Assembly (NCBI GenBank): GCA_028705905.1
Contig: JAQWCP010000001.1
Span: forward strand, 1 to 45,306
DNA length: 45,306 nucleotides
From: Oscillospiraceae bacterium
GTDB taxonomy: Bacteria; Bacillota; Clostridia; Oscillospirales; Oscillospiraceae
Reading direction: 5' to 3'
Of the stretch, positions 35,247-43,233 are shown piece after piece. Each line of letters begins with the position of its first letter. The stretch's first letter is position 1. Both the position numbers and the translations under genes were made by a program. Under the pieces are notes generated by a model. The model made no database searches, was not told the DNA's origin, and was given only the letters and a program-made list of their open reading frames with translations.

Positions 35247-36812
35247 GTGACGGCACTTGAGCTGTCTTCTCTCGTCACAGCGCCTGTGAAAAAAGCCATA
35301 CCCGCAACTGTTATTACAGGTCAGGCTGAGTATAGCGGCACAGTTGCGTGGAATGACAGCCCCGAAAAGTTCTTGGGGAATACGATTTATACGGCGACCG
35401 TCATATTGACGCCGACCGACAACTACACCTTTAACGGCGTGGAAGAAAATGCATTCACCTATACCGGGGCAACCGATGTTACAAGTACTGCCCCTGATGC
35501 AAGTGGAAAAGTCACTGTAACCATCGTGTTCCCGGCAACGGATAACCGCACGGTGAGCGAACTGATCACCAGTGGAAATCTGACGAAGACCATTTATAAC
35601 ATCGGCGAGGCATTTGACCCCACAGGCCTTACCATCACGGTCAAGTATGATGACGATACCTCTGAGGTCATCACCGCGACCACCGCCGGTTATTCTGTGA
35701 GCCCGACCACTATGGCCGCAGATACCACCTCGGTCACCGTTGGTTTTGGCGGAAAGAACACAAGTTCTATTGCGGTGACTGTGCGGGAGAACATCACTTC
35801 CATTACCGCTCCCATGGCTATTGTCGATGTGGCGAACGGTACTGCAAAGACTGCTGCTGCTCTTGGTCTGCCCACTACAGTGAGCATCATCACCAGCACC
35901 GGAACAACTACCACGGCAAATGTCACTTGGGATGTAGATTCTGTCGATTACGACCCAACTTCACTGAATGCAAAGAACTTTACCGTGAACGGCACTGTGG
36001 AACTGCCCACAGATATGAGCAATTTGAACAGCGTTCCTCTCACCACACAGATGCGCGTCAGCGTAAAGGCGGCAACACTCACTACAAAGCCGGAACAGAA
36101 CACCGATCCCGAATCCACTGATACCTCTGAGAAAATCACCGGCATCAAGGTGGGCGGCAAGGTCACCGTTGGCACTACACTTACCATCACTGCCGATGAA
36201 TTTGTGCGCGGAGACAAGACCTATATTCCAATTACGTGGGCAACGAACCCCAGCGGCACCTTTACCAAAACCGGCGGCGCGACCTATTCTACAACAGTAG
36301 ATACCACAGGAATGACCACCGGTGCGCATACCTTTACGATCACCTATCGCGAGGTGGAAACCGATAACGGAGCTGCTACCGGAAACACAGTTCAGACTGT
36401 TATTGATTACACTATTAAAGCTGTATCCAATAGTGACGATGACGACGGGGCTACCACCAATTACATCATCACCACCGATGCGGGTAAAGGCGGCAGTTTT
36501 GATACCGACAAGACGGTTTCCGTCAAGGCCGGTGAAAGTGCAAGCTTTAACATTAAACCCGACTCCGGGTATGTAATTGCCGATGTGAAGGTGGACGGCA
36601 AGAGCGTTGGCGCAATCAGCTACTATGTGTTCACCAATGTGCAGGCAAACCACACCATCAGCGCCATCTTTGAGGCGGCAGACACAGATGTGAACCCGTC
36701 GACCGGTGATAACAGCAATATGGCTTGGTGGATTGCACTTCTGCTTATTTCAGGTGGGGCTGTTACTGTTCTCGGAATCAGCAAGAAACGCAAATACACT
36801 TCAAAGCACTAA
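34815..36812 (+). CDS. C-terminal continuation of the same surface protein (Big_3-like and InlB-B-repeat-like domains, sorting signal NPSTGD + TM + KKRK)
   Basis: Same frame as 29226..34814, and there is no RBS or signal peptide at 34815. The sorting signal is at 36693-36812: NPSTGDNSNMAWWIALLLISGGAVTVLGISKKRKYTSKH. Confidence 0.7.
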   Translation: MASGWEWAKPNTIPTVGNSGYTAYYAVSDYTNYDWSSVDGYDKDNHRVERTVALTVNPATAVNVTTPTVAPVTYSADGKLSDTKLASGWEWANLNIVPTVGNSGYTAYYAVSDYTNNDWSGIDGYDKDNHRVERAVALTVNPAQVTALELSSLVTAPVKKAIPATVITGQAEYSGTVAWNDSPEKFLGNTIYTATVILTPTDNYTFNGVEENAFTYTGATDVTSTAPDASGKVTVTIVFPATDNRTVSELITSGNLTKTIYNIGEAFDPTGLTITVKYDDDTSEVITATTAGYSVSPTTMAADTTSVTVGFGGKNTSSIAVTVRENITSITAPMAIVDVANGTAKTAAALGLPTTVSIITSTGTTTTANVTWDVDSVDYDPTSLNAKNFTVNGTVELPTDMSNLNSVPLTTQMRVSVKAATLTTKPEQNTDPESTDTSEKITGIKVGGKVTVGTTLTITADEFVRGDKTYIPITWATNPSGTFTKTGGATYSTTVDTTGMTTGAHTFTITYREVETDNGAATGNTVQTVIDYTIKAVSNSDDDDGATTNYIITTDAGKGGSFDTDKTVSVKAGESASFNIKPDSGYVIADVKVDGKSVGAISYYVFTNVQANHTISAIFEAADTDVNPSTGDNSNMAWWIALLLISGGAVTVLGISKKRKYTSKH

Positions 36813-36991
36813 TTAAGCAAAGCAAGAACCGCTTCTGAGACTGCGACGGCACAAACAACCCGCACAAGATTGAAAATAAAAGTTCCAATGGAGAAGTGAA
36901 AACATCATGACAAAGATGACTGGCTCTATTAAATACAGACAGGACAACTCCGTTCTTTTCTCATAGTGATCTTGCAAAGGCAGAGGGGATC

Positions 36992-37020
36992 GCACATAGT
37001 GAGGTACTCTGTGCCTTTTT
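36992..37020 (+). terminator. Weak intrinsic terminator candidate between the two surface-protein genes
   Basis: GCACATAG-7nt-CTCTGTGC (one mismatch) followed by CTTTTT. Confidence 0.4.
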
Positions 37021-37065
37021 GCATTTGTTTATAATTTAAGAAATTTTCAAATAGGAGGACGAATC

Positions 37066-40000
37066 ATGCGACAGACAAAAAACAAATTCGGGCAAAAATT
37101 GCTGGCTCAATTGCTGGCAATATGTATTGGAGTGTTTACCATGCTGCCCACAGCGGCATTTGCCGAGGAAACCACCCCGCAGCAGCAGCCGGTGGATTCC
37201 GGCATAATGGAGGTGGAGGACGAGACAACCTCCGCCGATGTGCCGACGGTATATGCCGTGGGTAGCGATTCGGCCTTGCAGCTCGACGCGGATGGCATCG
37301 GCGACGGCGACACCGTTTATTTTGGCAAATACACCGAAAACGGCACGACTTATGATGTACCGTGGACGGTGCTGCCCAGCACGACACTTTCCGAAACCAG
37401 CGTGGCAGGAACAGATGTATTGCCGCTGTTGTCTACTTACACACTTGGTGCAACAAAGTTTCAATCGAGCGGCAGCGGGTATTACCCAAGTAGCACTTTG
37501 CAAGCCACAATGGCATCAATTTATAATAATTTCGCTGACCTTGAAAAAGGAGCAGTTGCCGAAACAACGCTGACCGAAAGCAGTATGTACAGTGACCAAG
37601 GCAGCTTGGCAGCAGAGCGGCTGTTCCCGCTTTCTTACAACGAAACAAGCAGCCTCGGCGAGGATAACACTCTTCTGCAAGCAAAATCAATCACGGATCA
37701 AACCGGCAACACCAACGGGTGGTGGCTGCGTTCGTCCATGATGGATGATGAGGCATATTGTGTATATTCCAGATTCCCTTTCGATGCGTCCCGTGTGGTG
37801 AATCCTCTGGCGGTTCGTCCCGCTTTTCATTTGGATAAAAGCGTCATCCTCCTCACCTCTGCCGCCGATGGCAAGGTAAGCGGCACACTTGGGGCAACGG
37901 CGCTGACGGCGGTTCCCACCACCACACCCTCTGCGTGGAAGCTAACCATTTCAGATGCAGCGCATGCCGACTTTGCCGTAACAACGGCAACAAGAAACGG
38001 CGATGTGCTGACCGTGTCTTATACCGGCGCAACCGTGTATCATGCGGACACCGCACCAAACGAGTATATTTCAGCAATGATATTGAACGGTACAAGCGGC
38101 GCAATCACCCATTACGGACGCCTTGCGCAGCCTACGGCGGCAGATGGTACCGTGGATATTGACCTTTCCGACGTTGCGATGGGAAGCTCGGATATTTTGT
38201 ATCTTTTGAATGAGCAGTATAATGGCGACAACAAAACCGATTACGCCAGCCAGCTGAAAGAGGTTTCGATGCCAAGTGCGCCGGGTTCCGATTTAACCGT
38301 AACCGGCGGCACAGAGGACACCGATTACACCTACTCGGGCGGCGTGTTGAAGATTCTTACCGGCACGCCTATGACCATCAGCATGGCAGACGATGTAACC
38401 ACCACCACCGACCGTATTGTGATTGCGGACGGCAAGACTGCAAATCTGACATTAAACGGCGTAACTGTAGATATGTCGGCTTCAACGTTTGCAGCTATTG
38501 ATTTAGAGAACGGTGCGAAGCTGAATCTTACTGTTAGCGGAGTAAACACACTGACAGGCGGAGAAAAATGCGCCGGTATCAGCGTGCCGGAGGGCACAAC
38601 GCTGTCTATCAACGGAAGCGGCACGTTAAACGTATTTGGCGGAATGTTTGGTGCAGGGATCGGCGGCGGAACTGTAACGCTTGCGAATGCAGTGCATCCT
38701 GAATATGAGTTTTATGGCGCAGATGCAGGCACAATCAATATAAGCGGCGGTACGGTGAACGCCACGGGCGGCCAATGGGCTGCAGGCATCGGCGGCGGCG
38801 CAGGCTTTGAACGGGAAAACGAAAATGTTGTAGGCGGAAGCGGCGGTACTATAAACATAAGCGGCGGCACGGTCAACGCCTCGGCAGGCGTGGGCGGGAT
38901 TCACCCCACACATGGCGAGTTCGGCGGCAGCGCGGGCATCGGCGGCGGCGGTGCACTGGGAACGGAGCTCGGCGGCGCGGGCGGCAGCATCACCATATCG
39001 GGCGGGACTGTAAACGCCGACAGTGTAGACTCGGATAATATGTCAGTCGGCGGCGGCGCTGCCATAGGCGGCGGCTACCCGGGCGAAGCAGGAAACATCA
39101 CCATACCCGCCGGTACGGTCGTTGCGCAAGCCGGTCTCGGCGGGGCGGGAATCGGCAGCGGCAGTTTTTGCGACAAGGGAGGTGTGATTAAAATCTCCGA
39201 CGGAAGCGTTACCGCTACGGGCGGCAAAAGCGCCGCAGGTATCGGCACGGGCTGGACGGATGGCATAGGAAGCACACCCCCCATTGAGATCGTCATTTCG
39301 GGCGGAAGGGTCACCGCCATAGGCGGAAACGGCCTTGTACATCCGACGAGAGGCACAATGGGCGCAGGCGCAGGCATCGGCGGCGGGTATCGGGACGTCG
39401 GGAGCGACGTTACCATCTCCGGCGGTATCGTCACAGCCATCGGCGGCGGCCTTTCCGGTGCTTATGATGATGACTCCACGGTTCCCTCGGCGATCGGTGC
39501 GGGTTCTAACAATTCCGGTACCCATAGCTTCAGCACAGGGCAAAGCGGCTCGGCGGTCATAAACGCCAAGACGCCGGAAACGCCTTTCTCCGGCTATATT
39601 ACGGATCAGTCGAACAAGGCAAATTGGTTGGGCACGATTTTTGAAGGCACTGGCGGAACTGTTTACGGGAGCCAGACGATCAATGACGACTTTACGATAG
39701 ATGCAGGTCAAGCGCTTGAGATACCATCCGCAGCTTCTTTTACAATTGTGGAAGGTGTTACCGTAACGAACAATGGGACCATCGAAAACAACGGGCTTAG
39801 CCGCAACAGCGGCACGATAGCGGGATCGGGCACGGTGACCTGCAACAATCACAACTGGGATGCGGCGACCTATACTGCTCCTAAAACCTGCGCATTTTGC
39901 AAAATCACCGAAGGAGAGCCTCTTCCGCAGTACACCATTTCTGTCAGTGCAAGTCCGGAGGCAGGCGGCAGCGTAACAGGAGACGGAAAATTTGACGAAA

Positions 40001-40605
40001 ACGCAAGCCGCACCGTAACAGCAAAAGCAAACACCAATTATCATTTTGTGAAATGGACGGAAAGCGGCACACAGGTCAGTACCAATGCGAGTTATACCTT
40101 TAACCTTACCGCAGACCGCACCCTTGTGGCGGTATTTGAGGCAGATACGCCGACACCTGCAACGCAGTATCAAGTCACAAAAGGGAAAAACGGCATATGG
40201 ACAAAGGGCAACATCGGTGGTTTGGAATTCACGGTCAATACCAACTACAGCAAATTCACAACCGGCGGTAGCGTACTGGTGGATGGCACTGAGATTGCAA
40301 GCGACAAATACACCTCTCAAAGCGGTAGTACGATCATCACGCTGAAAGCGGAGTATCTTGAAACACTGTCCGCCGGGCAGCACTCTCTGCGTGTGAATTT
40401 TGCAGACGGCTATGCCGAGACACACTTCACCATCAAAGCTGCAACCGCTGAAACAGGCGGTAATGGTGATGATGATCAAAACCCCAATACCGGAGTCCCA
40501 CAGACCGGCGATAATAGCTATATGCCGTTGTGGATACTGCTGATTCTCATTTCTGCAGGTGGTATTATTACAGTGGGCATTAAGCAAAAGAAACGCAAAT
40601 CTTGA
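37066..40605 (+). CDS. Second giant surface protein (1179 aa), paralogue of the first
   Basis: AGGAGGA RBS. The signal peptide ends with ...MLPTAAFA. It has one DUF6273-like module (WWLRSS, VRPAFHLD), long I.ISGGTV.A.GG..AAGIGGG repeats, and an InlB-B-repeat-like domain (YTISVSASPEAGGSVTGDG...YHFVKWTE). The sorting signal is VPQTGDNSYMPLWILLILISAGGIITVGIKQKKRKS (40495-40605). Confidence 0.88.
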   Translation: MRQTKNKFGQKLLAQLLAICIGVFTMLPTAAFAEETTPQQQPVDSGIMEVEDETTSADVPTVYAVGSDSALQLDADGIGDGDTVYFGKYTENGTTYDVPWTVLPSTTLSETSVAGTDVLPLLSTYTLGATKFQSSGSGYYPSSTLQATMASIYNNFADLEKGAVAETTLTESSMYSDQGSLAAERLFPLSYNETSSLGEDNTLLQAKSITDQTGNTNGWWLRSSMMDDEAYCVYSRFPFDASRVVNPLAVRPAFHLDKSVILLTSAADGKVSGTLGATALTAVPTTTPSAWKLTISDAAHADFAVTTATRNGDVLTVSYTGATVYHADTAPNEYISAMILNGTSGAITHYGRLAQPTAADGTVDIDLSDVAMGSSDILYLLNEQYNGDNKTDYASQLKEVSMPSAPGSDLTVTGGTEDTDYTYSGGVLKILTGTPMTISMADDVTTTTDRIVIADGKTANLTLNGVTVDMSASTFAAIDLENGAKLNLTVSGVNTLTGGEKCAGISVPEGTTLSINGSGTLNVFGGMFGAGIGGGTVTLANAVHPEYEFYGADAGTINISGGTVNATGGQWAAGIGGGAGFERENENVVGGSGGTINISGGTVNASAGVGGIHPTHGEFGGSAGIGGGGALGTELGGAGGSITISGGTVNADSVDSDNMSVGGGAAIGGGYPGEAGNITIPAGTVVAQAGLGGAGIGSGSFCDKGGVIKISDGSVTATGGKSAAGIGTGWTDGIGSTPPIEIVISGGRVTAIGGNGLVHPTRGTMGAGAGIGGGYRDVGSDVTISGGIVTAIGGGLSGAYDDDSTVPSAIGAGSNNSGTHSFSTGQSGSAVINAKTPETPFSGYITDQSNKANWLGTIFEGTGGTVYGSQTINDDFTIDAGQALEIPSAASFTIVEGVTVTNNGTIENNGLSRNSGTIAGSGTVTCNNHNWDAATYTAPKTCAFCKITEGEPLPQYTISVSASPEAGGSVTGDGKFDENASRTVTAKANTNYHFVKWTESGTQVSTNASYTFNLTADRTLVAVFEADTPTPATQYQVTKGKNGIWTKGNIGGLEFTVNTNYSKFTTGGSVLVDGTEIASDKYTSQSGSTIITLKAEYLETLSAGQHSLRVNFADGYAETHFTIKAATAETGGNGDDDQNPNTGVPQTGDNSYMPLWILLILISAGGIITVGIKQKKRKS

Positions 40606-40627
40606 ACACTAATCCAAGTTAAGCAAA

Positions 40628-40668
40628 ACCGCTTCCTGCGATCAAAAAGCAGGAAGCGGTTTCTTTGT
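40628..40668 (+). terminator. Rho-independent terminator of the cargo operon
   Basis: 12-bp perfect stem ACCGCTTCCTGC / GCAGGAAGCGGT, a 9-nt loop, then TTCTTTGT. Confidence 0.8.
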
Positions 40669-40900
40669 GCGCCCGGCGGGCGCACGTTCCTACAGGGTGA
40701 AAGTCCCGAAATCCGCCCGGTAGTGGGAAGGATATAGCCAATGGCAAGGGTGTCGTGGGTGACTGCGAATCTGAAGGAAGCCGGCTGGCAAATCTCTGGC
40801 CTGACGAACAGAAATTATATTATTTCCGCAAACTGCTGGAGCAATCAGGCATCCGTATCTATGGAATAATCCTTAACTGGTGATAACCCAGCGGAGCAGC
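40667..40900 (+). mobile_element. Group II intron, class C, 5' portion (domain I); no RT ORF and no recognisable domain V
   Basis: It starts GTGCGCCCGG directly after the terminator T-run. GGGTGAAAGTCCCGAA (40695-40710), AGCCAATGGCAAGGGTGTCGTGGGTGAC, and GAATCTGAAGGAAGC (40767-40781)...GGCAAATCTCTGGCCTGACGAACAG parallel, from memory, domain I of the Oceanobacillus iheyensis IIC intron. The 3' limit is uncertain; weak resemblance may run to ~41050. Confidence 0.6.
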
Positions 40901-41242
40901 AAACGAATAACAAAATTTGGCGTGGCAGTACCGCCCACTGACGCAGCTTCGACCGCATAGGCCGTGTGCTGCCGTGCGGTTGGAAGTGAAAGCCATTGTT
41001 CGACCTGAAAGAGTACATACCAAAGGTGCGCGCACATGGGCGTCATCAGCGCCATAGCCGCAAAAGCAAGCAATCCAAGGCAGAAAAAATCGACGTCCCT
41101 CCGCCGCACCGAAAAAGACCGTTACCCAACCGTAAAGCCAAATTCGCCCCTCAAAAATCAAGGGGTGCGTTTGGCTCTTTTTTAACCGCGCTCTTTTTCC
41201 GTGCGGACAAGCCCTTCCCACACTGCCGCGGGCCTCCGGGTC

Positions 41243-41268
41243 AATCTGAATTTCAAAAATTTCAGATT
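41243..41268. promoter_or_regulatory. Inverted repeat 8-10-8 immediately upstream of the sigma-factor RBS
   Basis: AATCTGAA-tttcaaaaat-TTCAGATT. It ends 4 nt before GGAGG (41273-41277). Confidence 0.45.
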
Positions 41269-41285
41269 GATTGGAGGTATTCAGC

Positions 41286-41738
41286 GTGGATGCTGATCAA
41301 AAGAAACTATGGATAAACGGTCAGCTTATCGAGGTATCGGAGGAAGTCTATGCCGCCTACACAAAGGGAGACAGGAAAATGCGGTACTTTGAAGCGGATT
41401 TGAAAACGGAGCGAATCATCATCGGCGAGGACGGCAAAGTGAAAAAGGTTATACCGAGCCGTGAGGATTCGCTGGACAGGCTGATGGACAATAACGCCGA
41501 GCAATTCCCTGATGCAGCGGAAACGGTGGAGGAAGCCGTGTTTTGCCGCATGACCGAAAAAGCCGTGCATAAAGCTCTCTCCCTGCTGTCAGAGAAGGAG
41601 CGTGATCTGATTCTCGCGCTGTTCTTTGAAAACAAGACAGAACGGGATGTCGCGGCTGAACTCGGCATATCACAGCCTGCTGTCCATAAACGAAAAAATA
41701 AAATACTGGCCCAGTTAAAACTTTTTCTTGAAAATTAG
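41286..41738 (+). CDS. Sigma-70 family (region 4) protein, Tn916 Orf7-like ICE regulator
   Basis: GTG at 41286 lies 8 nt after GGAGG. The C-terminus (LSEKERDLILALFFENKTERDVAAELGISQPAVHKRKNKILAQLK) is a sigma region-4 HTH. Confidence 0.72.
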   Translation: MDADQKKLWINGQLIEVSEEVYAAYTKGDRKMRYFEADLKTERIIIGEDGKVKKVIPSREDSLDRLMDNNAEQFPDAAETVEEAVFCRMTEKAVHKALSLLSEKERDLILALFFENKTERDVAAELGISQPAVHKRKNKILAQLKLFLEN

Positions 41739-41753
41739 GTTTTAACGGTTATC

Positions 41754-41796
41754 AGACCTCTCACTCAACGGCAAATAGAGTGAGAGGTCTTTCTAT
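41754..41796 (+). terminator. Rho-independent terminator after the sigma gene
   Basis: 13-bp perfect stem AGACCTCTCACTC / GAGTGAGAGGTCT, an 11-nt loop, then TTCTAT. Confidence 0.7.
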
Positions 41797-42359
41797 ATCG
41801 GCCTCCCGCAGCACCTTGAAAACTGAATACCCATTCATCAGGCACGTTCCTATTGCTTTTGCCAAAAGCATAAGCCACGCCAGCGGCTGCGCCACGATCT
41901 GCCGGACGGAAACAACAAGACGCCACCTTCATTGATAAAGGTCTTTGGTTTGTCCGATCCGCAGGGAGCGAAAAACAGCAGGCTGGAAACACCAGGTAGT
42001 TCCCGGTGCGGCGACGACAGGCAATAGGGATAATGATACTCCTGTCCGGCCATAAAGTCGAGCGTGAAGCGGCAGCTATGCCGCAATCCGTCGCAACAAG
42101 TGGGGGCAGCTTGGAGAGAACCTCGGAGGGGCTGAGATGCCCGTGGAGCTGGTGCGCAGCCAGCCGCCTGATGATTTCCCGCAGCGATCCGGGGTGTCTA
42201 GGACAAATTGGATTGCTTTGAAATACAAGGTCAAACAGCAGGACGGGTCTATCAAGACGGGAGTTTGTTTTATATCTTCCCGACCTCAATTCTGTTCTGC
42301 TGCTTGACCTCTACATAGGCGGCAAGCGCCGCCTAAATCTCAAAGGGAGGTCTGATTCT

Positions 42360-42881
42360 ATGAACAGAACATATTTAAGGGGCGACATATACTTCGCCAA
42401 TTTGGGAACCGGCGTCGGCTCGGAGCAGGAGGGCAGCCGCCCGGTGCTGATTATCCAGAACGACACGGGCAACAAGTTCAGCCCTACCGTCATTGTCGCC
42501 GCCATTTCCAGCAAGGTGGGCGTAAAAGCGAAGCTGCCCACCCACTACTACATGGGGGCCGGGACAGCCGGACTGGAGGTTTCCTCTATCGTGCTGCTGG
42601 AGCAGCTTCGCACCGTGGATAAGCTCCGGCTGGAACGGTACATCGGGCGGCTGGGTGAACGGCAGCTCGGCGGCGTCAACCACGCGCTGGCCGTCAGTCT
42701 TGACCTGATAAACAAAATACCGGACGCGCTCATCATGTGCCTCTGCCACACCTGCGCCGATAATTTCCGCAGCGCGGGCGGGTACGCTTTACATCGGGTC
42801 AATCGTGACCAAAACGAAAAGGACACCTGCGACTTCTGCAATGTCCGAAGAGGATTTGACTATGAGATAATCGCCAAATAG
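42360..42881 (+). CDS. mazF: MazF/PemK-family toxin fused to a C-terminal Cys-rich (zinc-finger-like) extension
   Basis: GGGAGG RBS. The sequence RGDIYFANLGTGVGSEQEGSRPVLIIQNDTGNKFSPTVIVAAISS...IVLLEQLRTVDKLRL is the canonical PemK pattern. The extra ~55 aa contain CLCHTC...CDFC. Confidence 0.82.
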   Translation: MNRTYLRGDIYFANLGTGVGSEQEGSRPVLIIQNDTGNKFSPTVIVAAISSKVGVKAKLPTHYYMGAGTAGLEVSSIVLLEQLRTVDKLRLERYIGRLGERQLGGVNHALAVSLDLINKIPDALIMCLCHTCADNFRSAGGYALHRVNRDQNEKDTCDFCNVRRGFDYEIIAK

Positions 42882-42903
42882 CGGTTTTTAGGAGGAATAG
42901 CTT

Positions 42904-43125
42904 ATGTTTGAAGATAGAATTGCACAGATGAACAGCGAAGCCGCTGTGCAGGTACCATATGATAAAAGGACGTACACCGTCGATGAGATACAGGATATTT
43001 TGAGTATCAGCAGGCCCACCGCTTACGCGCTGGTAAAAAAGAACGAATTTCGGAGCATCCGGGTGGGCGGGCATATCCGTGTTTCAAAGAAGAGTTTTGA
43101 TGATTGGCTTGATACGCAAGCATGA
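42904..43125 (+). CDS. Excisionase-family HTH protein
   Basis: The sequence YTVDEIQDILSISRPTAYALVKKNEFRSIRVGGHIRVSKKSFDDWL is the MerR-like excisionase HTH pattern. AGGAGGA RBS. Confidence 0.75.
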   Translation: MFEDRIAQMNSEAAVQVPYDKRTYTVDEIQDILSISRPTAYALVKKNEFRSIRVGGHIRVSKKSFDDWLDTQA

Positions 43126-43180
43126 TGTCAAGTGTGCAAAATAAAAATTCGCACCTTTGCCGTTCTTCTCAATTTCTCCT

Positions 43181-43215
43181 AAAATGTAGCCAAGTCAAGA
43201 GCTTGGCTACATTTT
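43181..43215 (+). terminator. Strong hairpin (terminator/attenuator candidate) between the two Xis-like genes
   Basis: 14-bp perfect stem AAAATGTAGCCAAG / CTTGGCTACATTTT with a 7-nt loop. The 3' arm ends in TTTT and abuts the AAGGAGG RBS (43218-43224) of the next gene. Confidence 0.55.
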
Positions 43216-43233
43216 GCAAGGAGGAATACATAC

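Noticed and set aside
30000-35250. Regularly spaced repeats considered as a CRISPR-like or DGR-like array
   Set aside because: The repeats are in-frame protein modules of 1023 nt and 252 nt with no short spacer architecture. No reverse transcriptase or template repeat is present in the window.
36813-36995. 60-aa minus-strand ORF between the two surface genes
   Set aside because: It has no RBS and lies in a region that looks like a degraded copy of the 3' flank of the second surface gene. It is probably non-coding.
39043-40587. 514-aa minus-strand ORF, and similar antisense ORFs at 33393-33983, 35961-36653, 8329-9075, 9502-10263, 10390-10923, 14102-14743, 15315-15914, 16071-16787 and 23415-24167
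   Set aside because: All are antisense shadows of strongly supported + strand genes. They have compositionally biased translations and no start context.
40859-41221. 120-aa minus-strand ORF and 106-aa plus-strand ORF downstream of the intron remnant as a possible intron-encoded protein
   Set aside because: Neither shows RT motifs (no YADD-type block) or maturase features. Both are short and compositionally odd.
41765-42289. 174-aa minus-strand ORF as a real gene (possible transposase or antitoxin remnant)
   Set aside because: It has no start context and is R/C/P-rich with no recognisable motifs. At most it is a decayed fragment, and it is recorded as a finding rather than a feature.
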